DNA of 64,000 nt, taken from the NCBI GenBank assembly GCA_002633005.1, contig NMRA01000053.1:62001-126000 (forward strand), given 5' to 3'. The notes below the pieces were generated by a model. The model ran no database searches, was not told the DNA's origin, and saw only the letters and a list, made by a program, of their open reading frames with translations. The DNA is from Phoronis australis. Taxonomy: Eukaryota > Animalia > Phoronida. Numbering within the stretch: the stretch's first letter is position 1; the number at the start of each line of letters is the position of its first letter. This document shows, one piece after another, positions 26,687 to 39,377 of the stretch. A program made the position numbers and the translations under genes.

Positions 26687-27430
26687 ATATTTCTTCCTGC
26701 TTTGAAAAAAGAGCCACCACTGTGAGTCTTCATAGGCTTCCTTATAACCATTACAATGTGTGTGTCCAAACTTGAAAGGTTCCTAATGATAGTGGGCTTC
26801 CAAATAATACAGCCAGGGCGTCCATATTAGTGCTAGGGTGTCCATTTGGACACCGGACACCCAGGACCTACGCTGCATAAAGGCCTGTCTAGCAGTTGTC
26901 TTCAAAAACAGAAACTGCTTAGACTTTTCAAATGGCTCAAGATTTTTTTCGAACATAACTCAAGATTTTCAACCATGCCTTAGAATTTGTCATACATGAT
27001 GCAATACCATATGTAGCATGCATGTTGGCAGACGCTGAATGATGCAAAGTCAATTGCCTTTTCTACCAAATTTTGAGCATACAATAAGCAATTTTTCAAC
27101 ACATCACATTTTTATGCACCCACATATACATGATGTGAGTGCATATTGCCATCATCTCTGTCTGGGCATCTGGTGTCCGTTGTTTATCTCCTGAATGAGA
27201 TTTGGCAGATGATGAGTTTCGGACCGTGCATGATATTTGAGAAATTTTGCACATGTTTTGCAGTCCAAAACGTGCTGTACTGTCATATTTTATTTCAGAG
27301 TTTCCCCTGTGTGTAAACTTCTGGACGGCCTGCCACGTTCCTTTTTGGCCCCGCCACTCATAAATCATACTCAAATTGACCGCCACACACCTAATCGTGA
27401 CGGGGAAACTTCACCGCCACGCAAAAATTG

Positions 27431-27532
27431 CTAGTAACAATGATCGCTAGTAAAAATGATCGCTATTAAAAATGATCGCTTGTAAAATGATCGCTAGTAA
27501 AATGAATCGCAAGTAAAAGTGATCGTTAGTAA
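27431..27532. repeat. ~16-bp minisatellite (CTAGTAAAAATGATCG), about 6 copies
   Basis: Directly visible tandem units. Confidence 0.8.
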
Positions 27533-28737
27533 TAATAAATAAGTACAAGTCACACGGCACCTTTCGCCGTTTGTGGATCGAAAGGGAAAAATAATTATTT
27601 TACGATGGGATCTTGAATTATGCCCCCGTTAAACAATCATTCAATCCCCTTTCATACCTCGTTTCTGCCTGGTTATCCAACAATGCATATAAACTTAATA
27701 CAGCCGGGGACCAGGCAACGACCTCGATACGAATTTTCTTAAACCAGAAAGTGCCAGGGCTTGTTTATGAAGTAAGAATCAGTAAGATTTCTGCTTCAAT
27801 CATTTTATTGTGTCTGAATTTTCAAAAGACATTGTGAATTATACTGTAGGGTGTGACATCCAATTGTTTAATAGCCCTGTTCCAAACTGACCATATTGAA
27901 TGTTAACCAGTCTCAGATTCGTCTGCATGGACTGGATTATACATCGTCTGCTACGCTGGCCAGGCCAACGCCAATCCACTATCACTGGAAGTTTCGTTAC
28001 ATGACTTAGTTTATTATGTCTACAAAGTTCACATATTTTTGTTCTATGTTTGTCACTTCATGGATAATTGCATCTTAACACTGTTTGTTTTTGTACTCAA
28101 GACAAGTGATAGGAGAGATCACACTATGCCAGACACTTCATTGCCTATTTCTCTTTTGAAGTGTCCTTTACCCAGATACTTCCACTACATGATGCTCGGG
28201 TTAGGGTCTTGTCTATGATAAGCAAACTGCAACCAATTACACCTAATTTTCAAATTCTGCCTGGGGAAGATTTACCAACCCCCCCCTCGGGAGGATCTCA
28301 CTTCATCCCATGCTCGCATATTGTGCCAGGGTCCACATCTGCGTTGAGCATTCACCACCACGCTTCTTTCGAAACCCAGACAATAGGGGGATCACACTTC
28401 TCATATTCGCGTGCGGCAACGGGCTTTGCACCCCGTTTTGGCCATTTACCACCACACTCCTTTCAAAACCCAGGGGAAACTGTTATTTCATATGATAACA
28501 ATTATTTTTCACAACATTTTTATGTTCATACACTCATGACAAGTGACCAAAGTAATGTATAATATTTCTCTATTATTTGGGTTTGTCATCAATCAATGCA
28601 CTGAAGAAAATTAAAAATGTATTTCACTACATCAAAGATCAAAGTTCGCCTATTATTGTGTTCTCTATGGATGAGGGAAACCTATGTTCACATGACTGCA
28701 TGGAAGGTAATGGCTAATAGTTTCCGTTTCTTTACAG

Positions 28738-29084
28738 TTGAAGCCACTGATGGTAACCAGCCGGTTGAAAACCAAGAAAATCTTGCAGTAGATCAAGACG
28801 GCGACGCCATAATGCAGTCGAGGAAGCGTCCCCACCCCGGAAGTGGCACAGCCAATGGCAAGAAAAAAAACAAGAGGAGGAAGAAGAGTTCCATGCAGCC
28901 CATCATTCCCAAGAATGCACTGATGCAGCTGAATGAACAGAAGCCAGGGCTGGCCTTCACAGTGAAGTCACAGTCGGGCCCAGTGCACGCGCCCGTCTTC
29001 CACATGGTGGTCACTGTGGATGGGCAGGAGTATGAAGGGCAGGGCTGCAGCAAGAAGAAGGCAAAGCAAGACTGCGCGTGGAAG
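28738..29084 (+). CDS. ADARB1: ADAR exon: N-terminus, bipartite NLS (RKRP...KKKNKRRKK) and most of dsRBD1
   Basis: tttctttacag| phase 1; PKNALMQLNEQKPGLAFTVKSQSGPVHAPVFHMVVTVDGQEYEGQGCSKKKAK; donor aag|gtgaga phase 0. Confidence 0.95.
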
Positions 29085-29901
29085 GTGAGACGTGGGGTGT
29101 GGGGGGTGCTGAAGTGGAGCCTGGAGCTCTTGTGGTAGTAGTGGGCGCTGTCCTTACAGATGCGCTGAGATGTAGTTGAGTGTCTTGTTATGGGACTAAC
29201 CACCGATTTGTCGGACACTCTAGAAAACAAGGGGTGTACTCGGTAAAGGAGATATGCAGCAAGTTTAATGAGATAACGCAGGTCTTTTCGTGAAATTGCT
29301 ATGTATTGTGTGTAATTATTGCATTTGAACCAAGGTCACAAAACACTGACGCTACGGAGATCAAGTCTTTTTGGAGTGTTTGCTCTTAAATCTGTGTACC
29401 TTACTTATCGAGTACTACACAGAACCCTAGCTGAGCACTGTCTCCTAACTGTTGATGACATCATTTTCACTACTAGAGCTTTGAAACAGGTCGTTAGCTC
29501 CTTATCCTTATTGTAGGACACTCGCAATACTCTTTTAGCATAAAATCTTGGCTTGTGAAACAGCAATAGAGAGTTTACTTACATCTTGCTCCCATAATTC
29601 AGCGTTCAAACTTCAGTGGCATCCATTTTGCTAGTGTATGCTAGTCACGACAAGTGGTGAGCTTACCTGCAAATCACTTTTCATTGGCGGGGCCTTGTGT
29701 GATCTCTTGGAACTCACAAGAAACTTGCTGTACAGAACTCAACTCAAGTTTTCAATTTAAGTGTTGTGTTGCACACATTATTCTACATGTAACTATGTTT
29801 TTTGCATTTGGTATTTCATTCAGTTTTGAATGTTAATTTATAGTGAAGCTATTGGTATCCACTGTCTAATACTTAAATTATATTGTTGGTTACCATTTAA
29901 G

Positions 29902-30126
29902 GTGCTTCGCTCATTCGTCCAGTTCCGAAATGCGTCTGAAGCAGCCATGGCACTGGGGCGCGGCATCACCACTGCCGACTTCACGTCAGACAATGCAGAC
30001 AACTCGACAGAATTTATCTTCAACTCATTCGAGGGGAACAGCAGTCTTGACACATCGTCTGCCATGGACACATCGCATTCGTCTCCCTTGCCGGCATCCA
30101 AGAATTCAAAGTTGATGCAGAATAAG
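29902..30126 (+). CDS. ADARB1: ADAR exon: end of dsRBD1 and inter-dsRBD linker
   Basis: ccatttaag| VLRSFVQFRNASEAAMALGR...DFTSD (conserved ADAR2 segment); donor aag|gtgtgt. Confidence 0.93.
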
Positions 30127-31040
30127 GTGTGTGCTTTTATGGGTCGCATGTTTATGAGAGGCTTGTTGTTGCATTCTGAAATCTCTCACTAAGATTGGTT
30201 TAAGGATGTTGAGTTCATTTCGTTCAGGCTGAAAATCGGCGCTTTGTTTCTGGCCACACTTATGTACATCAAGACTACCATTGTACATTCAGTGCTACAT
30301 TACAGGTATTGTCTTTGTTTGTAGTGAAGTCGTGATTGGGTCCAAAAAATGGCATTTCTTTGATGTTGACCTAAAAATATGGGGAGGGGGTTCCCCCTAT
30401 CCCCGGGGTACGGTGGGGGTATGCCGGCCACGTGGACATTTTGATGAGCAAGACATTTAGTTCCAAAAATGTTAACCTAACTGGTGACTTGCAAAGTAAA
30501 GCTAAATCGCGAAGAATAATGAATATAAACTCATTATAAAGTAACAAATTGACATTTACTTGACCTTGGTTTCTTTCGGTCGCCGCCGAAATGCAAACAC
30601 GCCCCAGTCTCTCAATCAATAACTGTTTACTCTTGCGATGATATTAAGTGAGGTGACTAGGCATGACATGTGACGCATTTTGATTTAAAAATAGTTAACA
30701 AACTCGTTCTTCCCGGCGTCGTTCGCACATTTTACTCCTTCAAAAGAAAACCTGTCAGTGTCAAGTCTCAAACAATATTTGACACAACAAATTATGGTCT
30801 GAAAATTGGTAAAGTTAGTAATGAATTAGGAGAGATTCATGTAATATGAAATTAATGAAGTTAAACCTTGAGTTCATATTGTGTGTTTCAGACATTTCAA
30901 CTCAATTCAGTTTTATACCCCAGGTACTGTAATACCGTCGGACCGTGTCACACCACGTCGTGAATGTAAAAAGTTATTGAAGGACTGGGTCTTTATTTGT
31001 CGTTTTGACATTGTCACTTGCAGGCGACAAGAGGCAGCAC

Positions 31041-31533
31041 CAGGCCTTTATCCAGGATTTCGAAAATAGGGTGTCCAAAATGGGGTTCCCAATATTCCAG
31101 GGCGTCCATAATTCGGACGCATTACCCCCCACTCCTAGCAATCCCCCCAAACACACGGATTTTTTTTTACAAAAAATACATAGACCAAGGTTTTTTCATC
31201 TAAGTTTACAAAACAGCCTTCTGTAGTGAGCATTTTTACTAAAAAAAATGTAGACCAAGACTTTTACAATACTATCAACCAAGCGTGAGCATAGCAACAT
31301 ATTTGTATATTTCTTCTTGCTTTGAAAAAAGAGCCCCCCTCCCACTGTGAGCGTTCAGAGCCTTCCTAGTATTCATTACAATGTGTGAGTCCAAACTTGA
31401 AAGGTTCCTATTGACAGTATTGACAGTGGGCCTCCAAATGATACATTGGGCGTCTTTGCCAGGGCGTCCAGATTAGTGCCAGGGCGTCCAGAGTAGTGCA
31501 AGGGCGTCCAAATGTATGCTGCATGAAGGCCTG
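31041..31533. mobile_element. hAT MITE with 8-bp TSD in an ADAR intron
   Basis: GGCAGCAC|CAGGCCTTTATCCAG ... CTGCATGAAGGCCTG|GGCAGCAC. Confidence 0.9.
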
Positions 31534-32313
31534 GGCAGCACTTATACGAGATCTGGCTATGAAGCGAAAAGTTGCCATGACCTAGAACGCTGACCACCTA
31601 CACAGTTGAACATTTCATTGTGGTTAAAGAGTGATTTCAGGGGGAGTGGCGGACATGAAATGGAACATTTCCTTGCTGTTTTTAGGACTTGTAATCAGTG
31701 TTTGCTTCGCGACTTGATATGAGATGATTAAGTCGACACGCGAGTAGGCTTCCGAAAAATAAGTTTTGTTGTCAAATTGTGAAAGCATTCGCCAAGTTGG
31801 CGAATGGACTTAGTTCTACCATCGCCAGTGCCACTCAGAATTTGCCAATAGCGAGCGGTTAGCGGCTAGCGCAAGCCTAGTTTTAGTCCAGTTTAGTCTG
31901 TGACTTGAACTTGGATTCCAAACCATGTTTTTAGTTTGTGTTCTTCTTAAGTATGAACCTATGGTGCCTTGCGCTTGTTTACGTTATAGTTCACCTGGAT
32001 GAATGTCTAAGACCAGCTTGCAGTTAACAATGGAAACGTTAAAATTATTATTGAGTCTAAACCCAAAATTTTGAATTAGTTTTCAAGTAAAACAGAGAAC
32101 GTTAAAAATAATCTCAAGTTCGAATTTTAATTAGTCTGCGAACCCAAAACCTCGTTTGTGGCTATGTCTTTCAATGTCTAGTGCACCAAAGCTGCAGGCA
32201 TGGGTAATGAGTCTCGTTGCCTAGGATTAGATGATTATCGTTTGTTATAGTATTCTTATTGTCTTCGTCATTAGTAATTGTATTTTTATTGTCTTGATAC
32301 TTTGTTGCCATAG

Positions 32314-32527
32314 AACCCACTGATGATGCTTAATGAGATGCGTCCGGGCCTTACCTACGACTCAGTCGAGGAGACCGGCGAGGGCCATCAGAAGACATTC
32401 ACTATGGAAGTCGTGGTGGAAGGGACGCCGTATCGTGGCCAGGGGCGCAACAAGAAGACTGCCAAAAAGCGCGCAGCACAGGCAGTCCTTAACAAGTTGT
32501 TCAATCTGGACGTCATTGTAGATCCAT
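32314..32527 (+). CDS. ADARB1: ADAR exon: dsRBD2
   Basis: gttgccatag| NPLMMLNEMRPGL...GQGRNKKTAKKRAAQAVLNKLF; donor t|gtgagt phase 1. Confidence 0.95.
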
Positions 32528-32538
32528 GTGAGTGAGCA

Positions 32539-33073
32539 TTTTCAGCATTATCACTGCGTTATCAGCGCAGAGTCTTGTTATTCTCGGGTTTTTATCTTCT
32601 TCTTCTTCTTCTTCTTCTTATTATTATTATTATTATTATTATTCTTTCCGACCTTTTCTAGAGCTTAATAATTCTCAAACAACTTAACTTTTATCTTTTA
32701 AACTTTCCAAGTAGGTTTGAGCCATCCATGAATTTCATAAAGTATATTTTTGACTCATAATGCACCGGAAGTGGTCAATAGCTACAAAGGTCATCTAATT
32801 TTCAAAATGTAATTTTTCAAGTAGTTCTTTTCAATTTCATTGTACAGGTATAAGTCTACGTGACAATCAAATGCTATACTTTTCTAAGCAATCGGTCCAT
32901 CGAATCAGATAAAATGGGTCAAAGGTCATTGAGTGCAAACTTAAACTTTGAGTTAGACACTTTAAATTCACACATCTGATTGGTACATCTAAAAGTTTCA
33001 GGTCATTTGGTGCAACGACCATCTGTATTTTCAGTTAGTGTGTGGGTTTACCCATGTCATTGGTCTTGCTGTT
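32539..33073 (+). mobile_element. Helentron-like family B element with (CTT)n(ATT)n microsatellite (32595-32643)
   Basis: 5' hairpin ctgcgttatcagcgcag plus agtcttg, microsatellite, 3' ggtcttgctgtt; begins ~11 nt after the dsRBD2 exon donor. Confidence 0.5.
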
Positions 33074-33268
33074 CTGCTGTTTCCACTTGCAGCCATTGGG
33101 CTCATTTACAGCAACCATCTTGTGCCACAACCATCTCTCTTTCCAGCCATTGTGTACGTTTCTACCATGTTGTCAGTCTTATTGTTGCTGAAAGATTTTA
33201 TGCTGTGTCACAAGTGTCTTGCTGTGTCATAACCATCTCTCTTCAGCCATTGTATTCCTTTGTAGTCT

Positions 33269-33424
33269 CACTGCTTCACAGTTGTCTCCCGTTACAGTTT
33301 CACTGATTCACAGTTGCCTCCCATTGCAGTTTCACTGATTCACAGTTGTCTCCCGTTACAGTTTCACTGATTCACAGTTGCCTAGCCTTGATTCTCACTG
33401 ATTCACGGTTGTCTTCCCTTGCAG
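33269..33424 (+). repeat. 32-bp tandem repeat (CACTGATTCACAGTTGTCTCCCGTTACAGTTT), ~4.5 copies; the last unit is the real splice acceptor
   Basis: Units at ~33269, 33301, 33333, 33365 and the terminal cactgattcacggttgtcttcccttgcag|. Confidence 0.85.
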
Positions 33425-33967
33425 CCATGATGCCTGTTAGTGGTGGTGTGATGCAGGAGGCGCCAACAGCGCTCTCAGATCACATCGCACAGTTGATCCA
33501 CCAGAAGCTGAGCGAGCTCACCAATGGACTTAGTTCCCCATGTGCCCGTCGTAAGGTGCTGGCCGGAGTGGTGACCACATCTGGCGATGACGAACTAGCC
33601 ACCGCACAGGTCATCGCTCTGGCTACGGGAACAAAGTGCGTCAATGGCGAGTACATTAGCGACAAGGGGCTGTCAGTCAACGATTGCCACGCTGAGATCA
33701 TCACACGCCGGTGCCTGCTGCGTTATCTCTATGCCCAGCTGGAACTGCATCTAGACCCAAACACAGCGTCGTCATCAATCTTTGAGCCACGTCCAGATGG
33801 CGGGGGGTTCAGACTGAAGGAGGGTCGCAAATTTCACCTGTACATCAGCACATCACCGTGTGGAGACGCTCGCATCTTCTCACCACATGAGAAAGAGCAT
33901 GATGCCGCTGGCGACAAACACCCAAACCGGCGAGCCCGGGGCCAGCTACGGTCGAAGATAGAGTCGG
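33425..33967 (+). CDS. ADARB1: ADAR exon: deaminase domain part 1 (CHAE at 33685-33696, PCG at 33856-33864)
   Basis: cttcccttgcag| phase 1; RKVLAGVV, ALATGTKC, NDCHAEII, FHLYISTSPCGDARIFSPHE, HPNRRARGQLRSKIES; donor g|gtaggt. Exact acceptor is ambiguous because of upstream duplicated acceptors. Confidence 0.95.
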
Positions 33968-34732
33968 GTAGGTTGGGATGGTAGTTAGAGAAGGTCTCTT
34001 AGCTGGTATTTGTAGCTTGCAACCAGTCTCAAGTATCTTTTATCTTAGCCTGAGTTTACGACTTACAAAATTTTGTCTAGGTGTCAGCTGCGTTTATGTT
34101 AACATTCTGATTTTTTCCTTTCTTGTCTTTAAATATTTTGATTCTAATCGTCCAAGTAAGGATTGTTGATTTGTAAACATGTGATATTGGTAACCTATTT
34201 GGTTTAGTTGGTGCCAAGCAGTGGCATCATCACTGCAAATCTCTGAGCTGACAGTGATCCTGGTCAGAAAACCTTGTTATTGATTCATTTTGTCTAAGAT
34301 ACCATGGATTCACAAATACAGTGTCTGCTTCATATAACGTTGTTACTAAATTACCAGCATTGTGGCATTTTCTTAATTACCGTACTAACGAGAGTTGTGA
34401 ACTGCTTTTTTTTCTTTGTCTCCTTAGAAACGATATTGAGTCTGTTCAGCTATGAAATTGGAAAGTAATTCAAGATTAGTTGTCATAGATCCGGTTGCCA
34501 CATCCCTTTCACTGTTTGATACCCGAGCTGTGATTGTGTTTCCGTCATTGGTGCAAAAAACAAGTAGTGATTGTGCAATGCCGTGCTTTTAATGAAAATG
34601 AGTTTATCTCCACACTTACAAGTGTGGACAACCTGTTTGCCTCAACTTTCAAGTTAATGCATGTAGTTATTGTTAGAGCTGGTCTGATTTTGTAGTTGTT
34701 CAAAAGAGGTTTGTAGGTGTAGTTGAGTGTTA

Positions 34733-36152
34733 ACGTATTTGCCATAATAACCGCCCATGCCCCTATAAGCGCCCCCCATGCGTTTTCAGACTCTGCTGAA
34801 ATAAGCGCCCAGTCCATGAACGTGTACATGCAAACAATGACGTACCTACAGTCCTAAAACTCGGCTACAGTAACGTCTTCAATTTATCAAAAAAAATTTT
34901 GCACGGGTATTCTAGACCACCAGCGGCACTGCTACGTTTGTATTTAGCCGTGACTATACACTTCAAAGTAACGCAGCGCTTCAAAAAGAACGCAACAGCG
35001 TTGTTACTCTCGCGACGACCGTGTCCCACTATGGTCTGACCTTTCAGTAGACACATCGACTGTCTCATGAATAAAAATAACTCGGTGTTAAATGCACGTG
35101 GCCAGGAAGCGCGCTCTACATAAATGAACCTGTCATCAGAAATTAGTCGGGAACTATCCATTCATGAAACGGGTAGCATAGCATCGGTAATAAATGAATA
35201 TTGGCACTAATTTCCGATAATTTCTAATACTATAAAACATGTTTGCGTTATTTTTTAGATGGATTGTTTGATTAACCATAATTGGTGTTTTTAAGCCGAA
35301 TATCCGATAAAATGACAACTGACAGTAAATGCTTACACACCCTCACACCGAAAAATAACTGTCAGATTGTTATGTACGCATCCAGCTACACGGCGACTAA
35401 TATGGGCCTTACCGAAACAAATATCGAACGTTTTTAGTACATGCGACTGGCAAGTGCTGAATAAACACGCTCTGGTTTAGGCCTACTGCTTTTGCAAATT
35501 TCTTTAGACACAATGCACATCTAGCTCGTTAGATTGTGTGGCTCTGGCCAAAAGACAGTCTCTGCTTTGGCAAATGAACTCTGGTGACATGCACGCACTC
35601 GGTTACTCACAGACGAACTTCAAAACAAACGTCACGTGACAACAACACGTGTGTTCGTCCAGACATTTTTCTCGCCGTGTTGCCGATCTTACATGTAGAT
35701 GGCACGATGTTGCACAGATTTGTACTTAAACCTGCCATTAATCCAGACTCCACGGGAACTTAAAAAAAATCTTAGGGGCGCTACTTAGAAAACTTAATGA
35801 GGATTTCAGGTAATTTGCTTGAGTCAAAACTATTTTTATTCAAGCATTGAAGTCGCCATATCGAAGACGGCGATTTCGAGGCAGTCAGTCGGCGAGTTTT
35901 CGCCCTGGGATTTCAGCACAATTTTCTGTAAAATAATCGTAATTTAGCAGCAAAGTTTGATAGCAATGCACCACAGTTTTGTTGGAAGTCTTTCATAGAT
36001 TACAGATACGTCACAGAGCGTAAATTTGATGAATCTTAGCTTCCGATTTCACCCGTTTTGGAGACCGGGTTTTAACCGCCTCGGGTTATAATAAGCGCCC
36101 GCCTGAACGGAACTTTTCTAAGCACCCTGGGCAGTTATTACGGTGAATACGG
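34733..36152. mobile_element. Tc2-like HIRAN-family element, copy in an ADAR deaminase-domain intron
   Basis: TA|ACGTATTTGCCATAATAACCGCCC ... GGGCAGTTATTACGGTGAATACGG|TA; minus-strand remnant TIVGHGRRESNNAVAFFLKRCVTLKCIVTAKYKRSSAAGGLEYPCKIFF (~34895-35035). Confidence 0.85.
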
Positions 36153-36571
36153 TACCCTTCCTTATTCAAATTTATTGAGAACAATAAACAACCCAACAAC
36201 CCCCTATGACACTAGGTATCAGAAGATTTGTGACCTGGTATTACTTATGAAACCAGTGAGTGAGTTATGTTTAGCATAACATCAGGTTAACTATCTCATC
36301 ATTCATTATGAAAATCCTTCCTTATTCCCAGTTATTTTGAAACCACTCGAAACTAAGATTGTGGGGTTAAAAAGAACTTCCTTCACAATATGTATAATTA
36401 CTCTTCCAAAACAATATCATTGCATTCTTAACCTTTGCTTGAATTGAAATTGGCAACAAAATGATAAATCTCTTGGTTTTCTTCTGATGACCGTATTGCC
36501 TAATTAACAACTGTTAGTAGCAGTTTAGTCTACAGTGGCAACCTGTCGGTTATTCTCAAGCCTGGAAATCA

Positions 36572-37269
36572 TTTTTATGCTCCTATATAGTTAATATGTG
36601 TGTACATAATGCCATCATCTCTGTCTGGTAGTCCCGCATCCGCTGATGTATCTCCTAAACCCCTTGCAAGATCATAGTTAAGATTTGGTGGCCATTTTTT
36701 GTAATTTTTGCGTATGTTTTATGGTGTCCACCTCCCTATCTGTCATACCGCTTAATAGATCATTATGAGAATTTACAGTTGTGTTCCTGATGAGAAGGCC
36801 ATGACTGAAGTTGACTTTCAGACTGGTCCGACTACTGTATTGCCCCCTAGTGGAGATTTTTGTTTTTTGCTTCTAAGGAGTTTTGTGAAATTTGAAAGAT
36901 TCCCTGTTCTTATGGAGCCGACCACAATGAGTTTCAGACCAATCGGACTATAGCTGTGGCCCCTAGTTCCTCTTAGTGACATTTCTGTCTGCATCTGTGG
37001 CTGTACCTACTAAAACGAGGGTATTCCTGTTAACTTGACACAACTTCCTTATTGCATTTCCATATGTCTGCTTCTACATATCTTTGGAGTTCCTTGATGG
37101 ATTTTCATGAAATTTGGAATTAATTTTGTATTAAAGAGGTAGCGGTGCCTTTCCAATTTCGGATGGGTTCTACGTATTCTGCACCATCTAATGCTATTTA
37201 TATGATACTTAAAACACCACTAGAAGCATACCGTTTACGTTGCACTCGTGGGCTCCTCATTGCTCTTGT
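36572..37269 (+). mobile_element. Helentron-like family A, diverged copy in an ADAR intron
   Basis: tttttatgctcc..gccatcatctctgtc..tatctcctaaaccccttgc..tgccccctagtgg..gtgggctcc..tgctcttgt. Confidence 0.7.
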
Positions 37270-37626
37270 AATAATCTGAGCAAGGAACATTATCAGACAG
37301 GATTTATAACAGCCAGTGGTCTAGATCAAAATTTGATTGTTGACCGAATGTGCGAGTTAATTGCCTCTTAAATTTGAAGGACCAGACCATGCTTGTTTCA
37401 TATTACACAACACTCGACTCGACACTAAAATTGACTACCTAGTGCATAAAATTTGCCACACAGTTTGTATATTTGTTGATTTACAAATTAGATTTGGTGG
37501 TCCCGGGCACTGATGTGTTATATTTGTGAGTGTTTAGTGTAGATTTTTCACATAATAGTAAGTCCAATGAGAGTTTGTAGAGTGCTGTTGTTGCTTTGGT
37601 GTTTTCATGTATTCGTTCCGTTTCAG

Positions 37627-37755
37627 GCGAGGGAACCATTCCAGTGAAATCGTCCTGTACCGTGCAGACGTGGGATGGTGTACTTCAAGGAGAACGACTC
37701 CTGACTATGTCATGCAGTGATAAGGTGTGCCGCTGGAATGTACTCGGCGTTCAGG
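37627..37755 (+). CDS. ADARB1: ADAR exon: base-flipping loop and third Zn ligand (SCSDK)
   Basis: ttccgtttcag| [43 protein letters not shown]; donor g|gtgagt. Confidence 0.96.
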
Positions 37756-38172
37756 GTGAGTGCAGAGGGTTGTCGTGTGATCTCTGTAACTAGGTTGTGT
37801 TCCAGTTCGCATGTACTAACAGGTCTTCATTGTGCAGCGGACAATTACATAGACTTCTAAATTATGGAAATCTCACGGTAATTCTTTTCTTAATTTTTGA
37901 AAAAATGATTATCGTCCAAATTGCTGTTTGCCGTGTTTTTATAGGGTTAGTAACTGATAGAATATTCATGTAGTTGTGTAAGGAGAAGAATTGTGCAGTG
38001 TTCGTGTAGGTGTCCCAACTCCTTATGCTGTTCAAGACAAAAGTAATCGGACAAAATGCCGTTTGTGTGTCATAATGGCTAGTTCTGTTTACATAAAAAA
38101 TTACAGGTGATAACTATTTGAGCCACAAAATTCTAATTACGGAATGACTTTGCCAGCTTACTAACTTTCTTG

Positions 38173-38794
38173 TTTATTGTTCCCCAATGTACGTTAGAGC
38201 AAATCCCAGGGCATAGTATTTGCGACTGTCCATCGGTACGTCACACAATGTTGTTGCCGCGATATCTCCAAACGGAAGCTGCAGACGTTCATATTTTGTA
38301 CCAAAGTGTTTGTAGGACATATCCAGGTGCCAGCCAGCTTTTGTGACATTTACATCATTTTCAAGGTCACATCGAGAATCAAGTTTTTACCTAGATGTTG
38401 CTGCAATATTTCTTGAAAAAAACTGCAGATTTTGTTCATATTTTGTACTGAGGTGTAGGTGGGACATCTTCAGGTGCCAGTCAATTTTGGTGGCCTTGAC
38501 ATCATTTTCAAGCTCGCCGCTGGAAAATCAAGTTTTTACCTAGAAAATGTTGTTACCGTGATATCTCCTGAAAGAAACTGCAGACGCTGTTAATATTCAG
38601 TACCAAGGTGTAGGTGAGAGTTCTTAGTGACCTTGACCTCATTTTCAAGGTTGAAGTGAGAAAATCAAAGTGGAAAAGTTGGCGCAATATCTCAAGAAGG
38701 AAGCTGTGCAGTTTCTTTATATTATGTCTCGAGTTTTAGGTTGGGTATCTGCAGTGGCGGGGAACAGTTTAGTCACTTGGTGACAATTGCTTGT
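38173..38794 (+). mobile_element. Helentron-like family C element with ~145-bp central tandem repeats
   Basis: subterminal IR tgttcccc / ggggaaca; 3' hairpin gtcacttggtgac; tgttg..gc.atat.tc unit recurs near 38252, 38396, 38548, 38679. Confidence 0.6.
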
Positions 38795-39377
38795 TCCCCT
38801 ACATTCTCGGCCATGAAGGAAAGACTGCACTGACAATGAATTTGGCTTCTGTCCAATTGTCACGATGGGGAATTATGGGTCAGTTTGTCTGAATACTTTT
38901 GGCTCGTACTGTATATCAGGATGTGTGCACACTGTCAAATCAATGGTTATATACGGGATGTGCATATATTTAGGCCCAGAAACCTATATTGTAAAGTTGC
39001 ATTTTTTGTCTGCAATTAGGAAAATGCGTCTATATCTACTGGTATGTAACAAACGGGTAGATGTTGGGAGGAATTTGTTCAACACCAACTGAACGATGAA
39101 AAGCACAAAGAATGGCATTTGTAATAACAGTAGAATAATATTGGTGTTTAAGTGAAGCATAGGTACATACGCCCACATGCAAAACACTTTAGAGTGAAAA
39201 ATGTCCTTGAAAACGCATTATTTCGACTATAGGGGCATGAGCTTATGTACTCATATCTACGATAACAAATATAGTCACGCACTAGTCATTTCAAGAATGT
39301 CATTTTGTTCTCATAATCACAAGGACTAAGTGCTAAGCAAATAAGCAGGTCAGATGTTGTGTACTCTCCCGTTACAG

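Larger units (their letters stand above)
25251..26887. mobile_element. hAT MITE with 8-bp TSD, containing a nested Helentron-like insertion
   Basis: TCTAGCAG|CTGGCCTTTATCCAG ... CTGCATAAAGGCCTG|TCTAGCAG; near-identical to 31041-31533. Confidence 0.88.

Noticed and set aside
28681-28737. Mammalian-type AA-to-AI acceptor 47 nt upstream of the dsRBD1 exon
   Set aside because: The dinucleotide at that offset is CA. The only complementary stretch noticed (28475-28485 with 28715-28725, 11 bp including a G-U) is short enough to be chance.
28793-29230. Antisense ORFs over ADAR exons (also 29838-30149 and 33480-33704)
   Set aside because: Shadow ORFs expected opposite GC-rich coding exons.
33880-33882. 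Drosophila-type ADAR self-recoding (Ser to Gly in PCGDARIFSPHE)
   Set aside because: Ser is encoded by TCA here, not AGY, so A-to-I editing would be synonymous.
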